Of a stretch of DNA of 64,000 bases, positions 1 through 9,955 are shown one piece after another. This stretch comes from a virus. Lineage: Duplodnaviria > Caudoviricetes. The stretch's first letter is position 1; each line of letters begins with the position of its first letter. The position numbers were made by a program, and so were the translations under genes. A model generated the notes under the pieces. The model was not told the origin of the DNA. It ran no database searches and saw only the letters and a program-made list of their open reading frames with translations. The stretch is taken from positions 128,001 through 192,000 of the IMG/VR virus record IMGVR_UViG_3300014203_000001; one strand, written 5' to 3'.

Positions 1-1
1 G

Positions 2-475
2 TGGGGCAAACCAAGAATCATTACTCCTGCTCAAAAAGCAAAAGATATCGAAGACTATAGACTTATGATGACCGAAGCAAAAATAGACTACTATAATACA
101 CTAGTACCATCACCGCCAGAAGGAACAATTAACGTAGAATATCAGCGAGAATTACAAAAAGCTTTTCATGATTTTGATAAGGGGACGATCACCCCTGATC
201 TGAGCATGAGTGAGTTCTTTAAGAAAATGGGATATCTATCATCTCGCAAAATCGAAATGGATATTCAACGTCAATCTAATGTAATTAGTAGACTATTCGA
301 CCCTGCTGCATATGCAACAGAGTGTAAAAAACATTGCGATTTAAGAAGACAAGAATATGAAGCTGAGGGGTATACTCCTCCTGCCCACATGTGCGATCCA
401 GTAGCTTATGCCAAAAAACGTCAGGCTTTCATAAACCAAATATTTAAGAAAGCCGATAGGGGGACGATCGCGTAA
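2..475 (+). CDS. hypothetical protein, 5' part lies outside the window
   Basis: Frame of ORF 65..475 is open from position 2 (WGKPRIITPAQKAKDIEDYRL-MMTEAK); stop overlaps next start (TAATG). Confidence 0.7.
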   Translation, partial: WGKPRIITPAQKAKDIEDYRLMMTEAKIDYYNTLVPSPPEGTINVEYQRELQKAFHDFDKGTITPDLSMSEFFKKMGYLSSRKIEMDIQRQSNVISRLFDPAAYATECKKHCDLRRQEYEAEGYTPPAHMCDPVAYAKKRQAFINQIFKKADRGTIA

Positions 476-2016
476 TGGCTAGGGTAGATGTGTTATCTGC
501 AATGTATAGTAAAAGAAAGAGTATTAGAAATTTCGATTTCGATGCTCTTTCTCATGCCCCTATATCATTTTACTTAACACCAGATGATATATCTAGGATT
601 AGGTATTTCGCTACTTCGGTAAAATGGCATTCTAAATTAAAGAATGAAAAGTTTGCCGAAGTGGACAAGATACTTATTCCTAGAGGGTTTAAAAGATTTC
701 ACTCTGGAACGAATCGTATTGTTTATAGTAGCATATACGATCACTCGTTCCTATTAAAAGTTGCTATAGACTCAGTAGGAATGAGTGACAATCCAGATGA
801 GTATTATAATCAAAATCGCATGAAACCATTTGTCACTAAAGTCTTTGATGTAACTCCATGTGGAACTGTATCTATGGTTGAGAGGGTCAACCCTATTAGA
901 AATAGATATGAATTCGAAGACGTTGCTGGCAATATATTCGATTTGCTTAATGAAATTTTCATCGGTAAATATGTTATGGAGGATATAGGAACAGACTTTC
1001 TTGCGAATTGGGGAATCCGAGATGGTTTCGGACCCGTACTATTAGACTTTCCATATCTATACGAGTTAGATGGTGATAAACTACAATGCACTATTACCTT
1101 GCCAAATGGTAGAAGATGTGATGGTCTTATAGATTATGACAATGGGCTAAACACATTAGTATGCGAAAAATGTAATCAAAGATACTCAGCTAGAAGTTTA
1201 GGAAAAACTTATTCTGAAGTAGTAAAGTCTAAAATTATAGAGGAGGTTTCAGAAATGGAACAAGAAATTTTGGTAAGTATTATTAAAGATGGTAAAGAGT
1301 ATAAGCTATATAATGAGTCTGATTGTATAGCACCAAAGAAACAACAGCGAAAAAGAAAATCTAGTGAGGATGATATTGTCGTCACTGTAACTGGCGGGTA
1401 TGTCATAAAGAATGAACCACCAGCAGAAAAGGTAGTAGAAACAGTAAAAGTTGAAACTGAAGTGAGTACAGTAACAACAACTGTTCAGACTGCAACTATT
1501 TCTGTACCAGCACATGAAGAAACAGAAGTTCCAAAACCAGAATTTTTACAGCCTAGTGCTGAAGACAATATGAATTCTGTATATATGGATCAAGATCCAG
1601 AACTTGAAAAGAACTATGCTGAAGAAACTCTAAAAGATCAAATTGATCTAGAAGAGAAAGAAACTCAAGCTAAGAATTCCGATCAGCCAACTGCTAAAGA
1701 AAGAACACAAATTAATTCTTTCATGGTAGATCAAATGAGAAAGTTCCCATTTGGAGATTACAAAATCGCTAATCTTAAACAACGTAGCGATATTGTAGAT
1801 TATTTAGTAGCATCAGTGTCTTCCAAATATCCAATCGAACCTAGTCTTATGGTTATGATAATCGAAGAGTTCGTTGATACACAATATGAATTTGAAGACG
1901 AGGCTGCTGTTAAAGCAGAAGAGTTAGCTAAGAATTACTACGGTGGGGACGAATATGAAGATCAAGAACCAGTAGAACCTATTAATAAACCGAGAGTAAT
2001 TTCTGACGAATTCTAA
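475..2016 (+). CDS. protein kinase-like protein with Zn finger and acidic tail
   Basis: Gly-loop-like SGTNRIVY, LLKVA lysine, NPDE helix-C Glu, catalytic-loop-like EDIG..NWG, DFG-like LLDFP; then C-x9-C..CxxC and an acidic/Thr-rich C-terminal half. Confidence 0.65.
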   Translation: MARVDVLSAMYSKRKSIRNFDFDALSHAPISFYLTPDDISRIRYFATSVKWHSKLKNEKFAEVDKILIPRGFKRFHSGTNRIVYSSIYDHSFLLKVAIDSVGMSDNPDEYYNQNRMKPFVTKVFDVTPCGTVSMVERVNPIRNRYEFEDVAGNIFDLLNEIFIGKYVMEDIGTDFLANWGIRDGFGPVLLDFPYLYELDGDKLQCTITLPNGRRCDGLIDYDNGLNTLVCEKCNQRYSARSLGKTYSEVVKSKIIEEVSEMEQEILVSIIKDGKEYKLYNESDCIAPKKQQRKRKSSEDDIVVTVTGGYVIKNEPPAEKVVETVKVETEVSTVTTTVQTATISVPAHEETEVPKPEFLQPSAEDNMNSVYMDQDPELEKNYAEETLKDQIDLEEKETQAKNSDQPTAKERTQINSFMVDQMRKFPFGDYKIANLKQRSDIVDYLVASVSSKYPIEPSLMVMIIEEFVDTQYEFEDEAAVKAEELAKNYYGGDEYEDQEPVEPINKPRVISDEF

Positions 2017-2028
2017 GGAGGAATTAAG

Positions 2029-2685
2029 ATGCTAAACAAAAATTGTCTATTCATTAGCAATGACTTTAATGATGTACGAGGAGCCATTGCTAATGGCATT
2101 ACAGTGGTTGCCCTAGTAGACAATGCCGATGATTATAGATTTCTTAATTGTGTAATCATGGGTGTTCTATTACCACCATATGAATCTCTGAGCGCAGAGA
2201 TAGATGGAAACAAACCACTAGCCGCGCAGATATACTATCAGTTCTTATTTAGTAAACTGGATATATTTGCTAATCTATTAGCGGCTATATACAGAGGTAA
2301 AAGATTATTGTTATTCGTACCAGAAGATGAATCTATGAACTTTGGATTTGTTAATGTATTAATATCATTCTTTGCCCAAACGTTTGGTATAACTCCAGGT
2401 ATACCAGGCACAAGTGAATGTATTGTTAACGATGGCGATATTTTCTCTGCTAATATTGCAGACACTATGTTTGTCAACGGTTTGATCAATATACAAGAGT
2501 ATTGTATATTGATGCCAGCATCTATTCCACCATCGGAAAATGCTTGTGGAAGATTAATGCAGTTTATGAACTATCGCTTTGATAGTATGCAGCAATGCGT
2601 ACAATATTGTACACAGTATATAGCTGCGTGCAAACCAAAGAAAGGTGAGTTGTTCTCTCCAGCGTTTAGGGTGAACCTAACATGA
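2029..2685 (+). CDS. hypothetical protein, distantly DUF488-like; paralog of next gene
   Basis: RBS AAGGAGG; pattern LLPP..Y..FL..F..LLAAIY.G..LLLF..FFAQTFG shared with 2682..3197. Confidence 0.6.
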   Translation: MLNKNCLFISNDFNDVRGAIANGITVVALVDNADDYRFLNCVIMGVLLPPYESLSAEIDGNKPLAAQIYYQFLFSKLDIFANLLAAIYRGKRLLLFVPEDESMNFGFVNVLISFFAQTFGITPGIPGTSECIVNDGDIFSANIADTMFVNGLINIQEYCILMPASIPPSENACGRLMQFMNYRFDSMQQCVQYCTQYIAACKPKKGELFSPAFRVNLT

Positions 2686-3197
2686 TTATATTTGGAGACA
2701 ACAACATTGTTCCCTATCTATTATCAGATAGGGAACGATATTTCGTATTAAACTTCTTCAACACGACTAATCTAGGAGATAGATTAGATAAACTATGGGT
2801 TCCGTCTATAATATTACAAGCTACAGCATTAGAATCTAGAGAGTTCGACATGCTGTATGCTAATTATATTCTAACTGAGGATGGAGCCTTTACTGCTTTC
2901 ATGGAAATCATGATGGCAATGTATTATAATGATGGAGATGTTTTCATACTAACAGACCTTAGTTCACCACCAGTTGTGAACATGTGCGAGTCTATAATAA
3001 AACTCATACAGCAAAGGTATGGTTATAATTGCTATATGGCAAATAGCGTAGAAGATGTATTCGAAATTCCAGATTCAAATATGAGTGAGATTGGGGTTCA
3101 GATATTTATGCAGGATAAAGAACGATATGTATACCTAACTGTAGATCCTAAAACATTGTTATCTAATATAGATGCGATAGATGAACAAAATGTCTAG
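2682..3197 (+). CDS. hypothetical protein, distantly DUF488-like
   Basis: ATGA overlap with previous gene; LWVP..FDMLYANYI..FMEIMMAMY..VFIL..LIQQRYG. Confidence 0.6.
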   Translation: MIIFGDNNIVPYLLSDRERYFVLNFFNTTNLGDRLDKLWVPSIILQATALESREFDMLYANYILTEDGAFTAFMEIMMAMYYNDGDVFILTDLSSPPVVNMCESIIKLIQQRYGYNCYMANSVEDVFEIPDSNMSEIGVQIFMQDKERYVYLTVDPKTLLSNIDAIDEQNV

Positions 3198-4005
3198 CGT
3201 ATTTGAGGTAGATAAATACACAACCCCAGTAACTCATATCATATCTGAATATATAAGAGAATACGATATTGCTAAAGCTAATATAAATATTCTCTTATAT
3301 AAAGGGCTAATAACCCAAACACAATTTAATAAACTATACAACTTACCTGGAGAAGAAAGAAAGCGTATAGTAGGTTGTATGCAGAGAGATAATAAAACAG
3401 TAAATCAAGGTTTACAAAAAGGCTTCTATGAAGCTAGGAAGATGTTCTATGAAGCTAATAATATTAATGAATATGAGATATTGTCTGTAAAGAAAGATGC
3501 TATCTTCCTCATTAATAAAATACCATCGGTTACTAGTTTTGGAAATATTCAATTTATAGAGAAGAATATTTACACTTCTTTTTATATGCTAGGAGGGCTA
3601 GAGTTATACTATTTTTATGATAGTATAACTAAAGTTGAAAAACTAGATGTAAAAGGAATAAGTTATAATATGCTAGATATCCATAAGGATTGGATGCTAG
3701 ATCTTCTTATGTATATCTTCGGAACAGCCCAAGAGTATCCGTCTAAACATATTGTAAATCTGATCTCAAACATCAGTGAACAATATCTAACTGGTGAGCT
3801 TGGAGTAAATTGTTTTAGAGAATTTAATAATCGTTCGCTCTTTAGGACAAAGATAGTTATAAATGGGGAGAGAATGTATCTCACTTGTCTGAACCCAAAA
3901 GTTCAGGTAAAAGATATAGACCCTGCCTACAATTATAATATTCTCCAAGAACTTTATCGGATATTCGTAGGGCTGTATCTAAAATCAGCACAGTATAAAA
4001 GGTAA
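3181..4005 (+). CDS. compact palm-domain (PolB-like) polymerase-like protein without exonuclease domain
   Basis: Motif-A-like EYDIAKAN, motif-C-like LSVKKDAIF, downstream LDVKGI; only 274 aa. Confidence 0.5.
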   Translation: MNKMSSVFEVDKYTTPVTHIISEYIREYDIAKANINILLYKGLITQTQFNKLYNLPGEERKRIVGCMQRDNKTVNQGLQKGFYEARKMFYEANNINEYEILSVKKDAIFLINKIPSVTSFGNIQFIEKNIYTSFYMLGGLELYYFYDSITKVEKLDVKGISYNMLDIHKDWMLDLLMYIFGTAQEYPSKHIVNLISNISEQYLTGELGVNCFREFNNRSLFRTKIVINGERMYLTCLNPKVQVKDIDPAYNYNILQELYRIFVGLYLKSAQYKR

Positions 4006-4024
4006 GCTCAATGAGCTTACCTTT
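3998..4024. terminator. bidirectional terminator hairpin between convergent operons
   Basis: AAAGGTAAGCTCA-A-TGAGCTTACCTTT inverted repeat. Confidence 0.75.
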
Positions 4025-4032
4025 ATATTTTG

Positions 4033-4236
4033 TCATAATTTATTTGTTTTATTTTTTTCTTGTAGATATTTGTTTTCTTCCATTTCTAAATCACATCTTA
4101 CGCATACTATCATTAGAGCAAAGAATAGAAGAACCAATAATGCTTTATAGCATAGAATTGGTACTTCTGCATTCGTTATAATAAAAATTGATAATATAAA
4201 GAGTATAAGATATGATATAGCTGTCTTATCAGTCAT
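4033..4236 (-). CDS. small two-TM membrane protein
   Basis: RBS GGAGG; two hydrophobic segments and a basic tail. Confidence 0.65.
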   Translation of the reverse strand: MTDKTAISYLILFILSIFIITNAEVPILCYKALLVLLFFALMIVCVRCDLEMEENKYLQEKNKTNKL

Positions 4237-4246
4237 AGCTTCCTCC

Positions 4247-4786
4247 TTATAAAATATTAATCAATTGTTTTTTATCATCCTCTAATATTAATTCCTTGTC
4301 GTCGTCCTCTATCTCATTATTTTGGATGACAAAGTTGGTAACCACCATATATATTTTTTCTGTTATAACATCCTCTACCATTTCTTCATTATAATATGCT
4401 CTTAGCTTATATAACATGGTGGGTGACATTCTAAATAGAACCCTTTCGATTATATCTTTTACAATCTTAGGCTCTTCAGCTTCAGCAATATATTTCTTAT
4501 TAGGTCCGATATTGAATATTATGTATAGACTTAAACATTCTAAAATAAGAGCATCTAAAGTTTCTGGAATTGCGGCATCAAATAATTTTACTTCGCTTTC
4601 TTTTTCTGCAGTATTCACCACTCTATTAGCTAGAATAAGTAAATATAGAATGGTGAATAGTATAAAAGGATACGGCAGGATATTGAAATAGTTTGATACG
4701 ATAGATCCTACTAATATATAGAATCCTGGTTTTGACAATAGATTTGAGATTTTCATCTTAACGAAAGAACTGTTCATTGTAATCAC
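4247..4786 (-). CDS. membrane-anchored hypothetical protein
   Basis: N-terminal hydrophobic segments; in operon with neighbours. Confidence 0.65.
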   Translation of the reverse strand: MITMNSSFVKMKISNLLSKPGFYILVGSIVSNYFNILPYPFILFTILYLLILANRVVNTAEKESEVKLFDAAIPETLDALILECLSLYIIFNIGPNKKYIAEAEEPKIVKDIIERVLFRMSPTMLYKLRAYYNEEMVEDVITEKIYMVVTNFVIQNNEIEDDDKELILEDDKKQLINIL

Positions 4787-5444
4787 TCCAATTTAATATA
4801 TTATGCCTTATATTTAATAGTTGGAGTGTATTTGATTCGTTAATTTCATACGACTTCATTTCTTTTTCTAGCGAATAGATTAATTTATATGCTATATCTC
4901 TTGTGATACCACTTCTATATCTTGCTAAAAATTCCCACCAATTACCAAATCCCATTGTTGATGGAAGAAAGAACTCAGGATCATTATGATATAATTGATG
5001 GCAAGTTTTACATAAAGAAACAGTACAAACTCTATGTTCCACATGCTCCAACTTCAACATTTCAACTAAGTCAAATGTGGTTAATCCTTTATATTCATTT
5101 AATATATGCTCTGTCATAATAAGAGCTATATCGAATATAGTTAGAACATGATGATGCATTTCAATAGTAGCCATATCTTGATCTTCACTACTGGATCTAA
5201 TATTACCATGATATTGGCATCTGTTAAGTCCCATATCCATTAAACTAGATTTATAATGTTTATATACCTTTCCTCTTCTGAATCTTTGAATAGAATTTGA
5301 TAGAAACTCTTTGTACGTTTCTACATCCATTAAACTTTCTTTAGTTTGGGCAAAAGAAATTTCAAAAGGAGAAGTTGGTGATACTAAAGTTGGATTCTCT
5401 TCATTATATATGAAAATATCTGGATAATTTACTGTCTGATACAT
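4758..5444 (-). CDS. HNH/treble-clef nuclease-like protein
   Basis: RCQYH..IEMHHH..SLCKTCHQLYHN. Confidence 0.6.
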   Translation of the reverse strand: MYQTVNYPDIFIYNEENPTLVSPTSPFEISFAQTKESLMDVETYKEFLSNSIQRFRRGKVYKHYKSSLMDMGLNRCQYHGNIRSSSEDQDMATIEMHHHVLTIFDIALIMTEHILNEYKGLTTFDLVEMLKLEHVEHRVCTVSLCKTCHQLYHNDPEFFLPSTMGFGNWWEFLARYRSGITRDIAYKLIYSLEKEMKSYEINESNTLQLLNIRHNILNWSDYNEQFFR

Positions 5445-5757
5445 TTGCTTTCTCCTCCGATGTTATCATTTTTTCACATCTTCTAATATTATCCTCTACC
5501 ATATTTCTAAGATATTCATCTTCGTATGCGAAGCGATATCTATCTTCAAATTTATATTTCCCGAGATGCCTAATAGAATCTAAGAAACAACCAATAAAAA
5601 ATGAAGAATTTATAGCCCAAGTTTGATGATTGATTATAATACATACTGTAATTCCTGGAATCTTATCTAGTCGATCCAAATCTATTAGTTCTCTAGTTTC
5701 GATTCCGAACTCTTTACCCATTAATACTTTATCAGTGGGTAATGCGATGGTTAGCAT
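5404..5757 (-). CDS. STAS-like (DUF4325-type) protein
   Basis: L.GKEFG..R..AINSSFFIGCF..S...LG...F; start moved to ATG 5757 (RBS GGAGGG, late promoter at 5772-5783). Confidence 0.55.
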   Translation of the reverse strand: MLTIALPTDKVLMGKEFGIETRELIDLDRLDKIPGITVCIIINHQTWAINSSFFIGCFLDSIRHLGKYKFEDRYRFAYEDEYLRNMVEDNIRRCEKMITSEEKANVSDSKLSRYFHI

Positions 5758-5771
5758 AAGTAATCCCTCCT

Positions 5772-5806
5772 TAATAATATGTTTTGGAGTGAAATACATA
5801 CTAATA
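5772..5806. promoter_or_regulatory. divergent pair of late-type promoters
   Basis: Minus AACA-TATTAT-TA (5772-5783); plus TACA-TACTAA-TA (5795-5806). Confidence 0.6.
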
Positions 5807-5836
5807 ATACAAAGGGCTAGAAAGGGGCGATTTAAA

Positions 5837-8800
5837 TTGAATATAAAGAAAGTATATACAGATAATCCGTTTATGGATGCTCTAGTATACTGTGTTCAAA
5901 CTTTAGTCTACAGTTCTATAGTAAAAATACCAGATATGGCAAACAATGCGGAAACAGTAAGTAGTTTATCCAATTCAGATCTGTATATGTCTACTATAGA
6001 AGGCAATGTTATATTCGATATCTTTACATATACAAAAGAAATTCTAGAACAAAGCTCTGTTCCTAAAACTAAGATCTTTGATTATGTAAAAGATAAATAT
6101 CTAATTCCAGAGCAATATAGAGACGAGCTTGTATCTATTGCCGCTGCTAAATGTATCTCTTCATACAAAGAAGAGAATGAATATTATAGAATGATATGTG
6201 GCATGCCACCATTAGGCGACTACGGCATACCAATAAAAGCATACGAATATCTAGTACCAGAGGGAAACAATATTAATGTTACGTATGTACATCAACTAGG
6301 AGCAGATGGATGCAGAATGTTAGATTCATATGGCATACTAGATATAATCAAAGCAGACTACCCAGATGCCAAATATCTTAATTATATAATGGCTGGTATT
6401 AGTATATATAAAGCAAGGAAAGCAATAGATTTTCAGCTTCTATACTCACCGACAACCTCTAATCTGGATATAGATGATAAATTTGCCAGCAAATATGAAA
6501 TAAATAGAATATATATTCTACGAACCACATATTCAGCAGCCTTCAAAATAAGTTCAGATTACTACGATAACTTTATCGCTATATTAATTATTCTCATGAC
6601 AATGATTGATATGCTAACAGAAGTTCAAGAGCATATAGTTAAGAAAGATATACTAGATTCTAGATGTATCGAATATATATTCTCTATATATGGTATACCT
6701 TACTATCATACTATTCCTTTAAAATACCAAGCTTCTATGTGTAGGAATATCAATACGTTAGTTAAATATAAATCTTCCGAAACTGGTATGCTTAATCTAA
6801 TCTCTCTGTTTGGTATGAATGATATCGAAATGTTTAAATATTTCATATTAAAAGATAGAAAGGTAGATAGGTGGGGCAACTTCTTATATACGGCAAAAAT
6901 AGATATAACCTCAAGTGAAAATGATATAGTAAAACACACGACAGACCAGAAACTTATATCAGATAATGTTATTCCGTATCCTTTCGATTATTTTCTTCAA
7001 AAGGGAAATGAGATGTTTGTATGGTTAGATGGATATAGATTGAAGAGAGATATAGATTATGAGATCTACAATTATAATCTTATTAGATTTAAGAATGGTA
7101 TAGATACTGGAAAAACTACTATACGATATGACTTCTATTATGATATAAATACAGTATCTTCAGAAGTAAGTCCAGACGTAGAGAATGCTATAACCATGGT
7201 AACAGATGTATTTACAAATACATCTATAGGTAATACATTTAACTTTACCCCTCCAACATCAACTTATTTCTCAGACGGAAATCATATGATCGTAATGGTA
7301 GGAGGAGTATGTGTAGATCCGAACGCATATATATTAGATCTTAATTCCAATACTATTACAATCAACGCAGGATATAATACCATAGGGCGGCAGGTTACTT
7401 TCATATATCTATATGGGAAGAAACTAACTACCAAATTTAAAATAAATAATATAGTAGCAGAGTACGATAATCAAAATACTTTTGCTATACCAGAGCCATT
7501 TCCAAACTACTCTGCAAATGGGAATGACTTTTTTGTAACTATAGGAACTACTTATATAGATCCGAGAAGGTATACATTGCGTGGTAATAGTATAGTATTT
7601 AGTGATCTAACTGTTCATAAAGGAAGAACAGTTTCATTCAACTTTATATACTCTGATTCTTCTGTATATTCAGCTATAGATATACAGAAATCAATACAAA
7701 GTATTATAGCAACAGAAGATAATCAAACAGAGTTTGCATTAAACTATCCTATAGAAAAGTATTTAGAAATGGGATATAAGATCTATGCTAAAATAAAAGA
7801 TAAATATATATCTGAATATTGTTACGATATATATCGTAACACTATACGACTCCGAGAAAAAAGTTTAAATGTAGGAGAGGAGTTAAAGTTAGAGTTTGTG
7901 CACGGACCAAACGCTTCTAACATATCAGTTCTTAAAGATTTTAGAATTGTAGATACCGATTCTCAAACCCTTTTCGATATAGAATATCCAACCTCGGATT
8001 TCTTGGTTAAAGGAAATAAAGTCATTATTGATATGGACGGAGAATATTTAGAAGAAGGGACGGGGTATAATTTCAGTACTGATAAATCTACTATTATACT
8101 TAGCCCTAATCATTATCTTCCATCTACACAGTTGAATTATACTTTCGTATATAATACAACTAGTGATTATGCGATTAAATTTAAACAACAAGTTCTAATT
8201 GCCGAAGGGGACGGGCAAAAAGAGTTTTATTTAGATTATCCTTTTTATCCATATCAACAAACTACTCAAGGATGTATTATTATACATCGTAGTTTATTAG
8301 TACAACTAGAACGCATAACGGTAAATAAATTTAATTGCATTATCGATATAGATAATATTAAAAAGGGTGATGAGATAGTCGTACTATTCATCTTTAATAA
8401 TAAATATCTATTAGATATGCAGAATGTTCTAATAGTAGAAGAAAAAACAGTTTCTACTACATTAGGAATTGATGATGCTTTAGTTGTAGACATGCCAGTA
8501 CCATTTAAGGATTATATAGAAAATGAGTGGAATTATTTTGTCGATAGTCAACGATCTAGGATCGATGAAAGTACATTTGAAGCTCTCGGTAACGGATTAT
8601 CATTCATTAATACTAATGATATTCTGAACTATCCAACACTTACTTTTACATTCGTTTATAAAGATTCCTATCTAATCAAAACTATAGTAGAAGATTATGA
8701 TACTGACGCTGATCTGAAATTCATTAAGATTCCATTAAAAGCTAAAACCAATACTGATTATATAAAGAAACTAACCAATACCAAATCTTATAATAGCATG

Positions 8801-9907
8801 ACTGTATCGGATCAGTTTTGGGATGGGGAAGATGCTAATGATACCATTCATAATAGTATCAAATCAGCTATTATGACGAAAGAATTTAACTATGCTAGAA
8901 CCAAATACATGACTGTGGAGTACTTACTAAAACTGACAGATATGTCTTTCGAGATATCATACTTCTACAATATGCTGTATGACGATGTATTTAAAGAAGA
9001 TCTTCTAACTATAGGAGTTTCTACTATCTCTGCTAGTAAACAATTTAAGTTAAGTCATATCTTCTGTTATATGACTGCGTTAGCTTACTTGTATAGCGGA
9101 ATGGAAGATAATATCATGGACACTCCAACCAAAGTATTATATGTAAAAGGCTTCAATTTTACTACCGATCTAGAATCTCTTAGACGATATATCTTAAATG
9201 AACGCAGACTTCCATCTGATTATGATGTATTTGGATTTAATAGCCCATCGGGTCAGATCCCTTCATTAGAAGAATTTGTTAATATTTATAAAACAAATAA
9301 GAATGTTTATAAGACTATATGCTATAACATGGTTCATGCTAGGAATTATGATATTTATGCTATATGGAAGAAGCTATATGATAGCTTAATGATATGGAAG
9401 TTTAATATGAATTTCTTTGCAATGGACGACGGAACAACTGCTAGTAGTTTTAGCTCATTCCTACAAGAGAAAGATAATGTTCTATACACTTCTCTAAATA
9501 TTATAAAGAACACCTTAGATCAAGAAACTAGAGAAAATGCTATAGTTACAATGATATCTGATATAGTATATATTCTAGAGGAATATATAAGCAGTAAAGA
9601 TTTTAAATTCATTTACAATCAATATCCTGGAGTATCTAAAGAATATATTCTACAATACCTATTCATGATGATAAATTTCTTTAAATCGTATAAGGTTGTA
9701 CTAAAGCAGATGACTGTGCAGTTTATATTAGACGATGAGAATCAGAATAGTATAAAGATATACGATACTCAGAAGATGCAAGTACATCTTAAGAAACCAG
9801 ACTATATTACAATTACAGATGGAAAAGCTTCTATTATAACTTTGGATAAAGATGATAGTATAGGAGTAAAAGAGAAACTAAATAGATCATATTATTGGAT
9901 ACCATAA
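5837..9907 (+). CDS. large virion structural protein (baseplate-like) with internal beta-rich repeats
   Basis: Likely start TTG 5837 after AAAGGGG; repeats F.IPYPF..Y...GN..FV......ID..RY; late promoter. Confidence 0.7.
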   Translation: MNIKKVYTDNPFMDALVYCVQTLVYSSIVKIPDMANNAETVSSLSNSDLYMSTIEGNVIFDIFTYTKEILEQSSVPKTKIFDYVKDKYLIPEQYRDELVSIAAAKCISSYKEENEYYRMICGMPPLGDYGIPIKAYEYLVPEGNNINVTYVHQLGADGCRMLDSYGILDIIKADYPDAKYLNYIMAGISIYKARKAIDFQLLYSPTTSNLDIDDKFASKYEINRIYILRTTYSAAFKISSDYYDNFIAILIILMTMIDMLTEVQEHIVKKDILDSRCIEYIFSIYGIPYYHTIPLKYQASMCRNINTLVKYKSSETGMLNLISLFGMNDIEMFKYFILKDRKVDRWGNFLYTAKIDITSSENDIVKHTTDQKLISDNVIPYPFDYFLQKGNEMFVWLDGYRLKRDIDYEIYNYNLIRFKNGIDTGKTTIRYDFYYDINTVSSEVSPDVENAITMVTDVFTNTSIGNTFNFTPPTSTYFSDGNHMIVMVGGVCVDPNAYILDLNSNTITINAGYNTIGRQVTFIYLYGKKLTTKFKINNIVAEYDNQNTFAIPEPFPNYSANGNDFFVTIGTTYIDPRRYTLRGNSIVFSDLTVHKGRTVSFNFIYSDSSVYSAIDIQKSIQSIIATEDNQTEFALNYPIEKYLEMGYKIYAKIKDKYISEYCYDIYRNTIRLREKSLNVGEELKLEFVHGPNASNISVLKDFRIVDTDSQTLFDIEYPTSDFLVKGNKVIIDMDGEYLEEGTGYNFSTDKSTIILSPNHYLPSTQLNYTFVYNTTSDYAIKFKQQVLIAEGDGQKEFYLDYPFYPYQQTTQGCIIIHRSLLVQLERITVNKFNCIIDIDNIKKGDEIVVLFIFNNKYLLDMQNVLIVEEKTVSTTLGIDDALVVDMPVPFKDYIENEWNYFVDSQRSRIDESTFEALGNGLSFINTNDILNYPTLTFTFVYKDSYLIKTIVEDYDTDADLKFIKIPLKAKTNTDYIKKLTNTKSYNSMTVSDQFWDGEDANDTIHNSIKSAIMTKEFNYARTKYMTVEYLLKLTDMSFEISYFYNMLYDDVFKEDLLTIGVSTISASKQFKLSHIFCYMTALAYLYSGMEDNIMDTPTKVLYVKGFNFTTDLESLRRYILNERRLPSDYDVFGFNSPSGQIPSLEEFVNIYKTNKNVYKTICYNMVHARNYDIYAIWKKLYDSLMIWKFNMNFFAMDDGTTASSFSSFLQEKDNVLYTSLNIIKNTLDQETRENAIVTMISDIVYILEEYISSKDFKFIYNQYPGVSKEYILQYLFMMINFFKSYKVVLKQMTVQFILDDENQNSIKIYDTQKMQVHLKKPDYITITDGKASIITLDKDDSIGVKEKLNRSYYWIP

Positions 9908-9955
9908 AGTGCTCTGGGCAACATAATAATAAATTGTACGAAGGGAGATAATTAC

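Noticed and set aside
5630-5836. N-terminal extension of the 1425-aa ORF
   Set aside because: Overlaps an opposite-strand gene and the promoter pair; RBS supports TTG 5837
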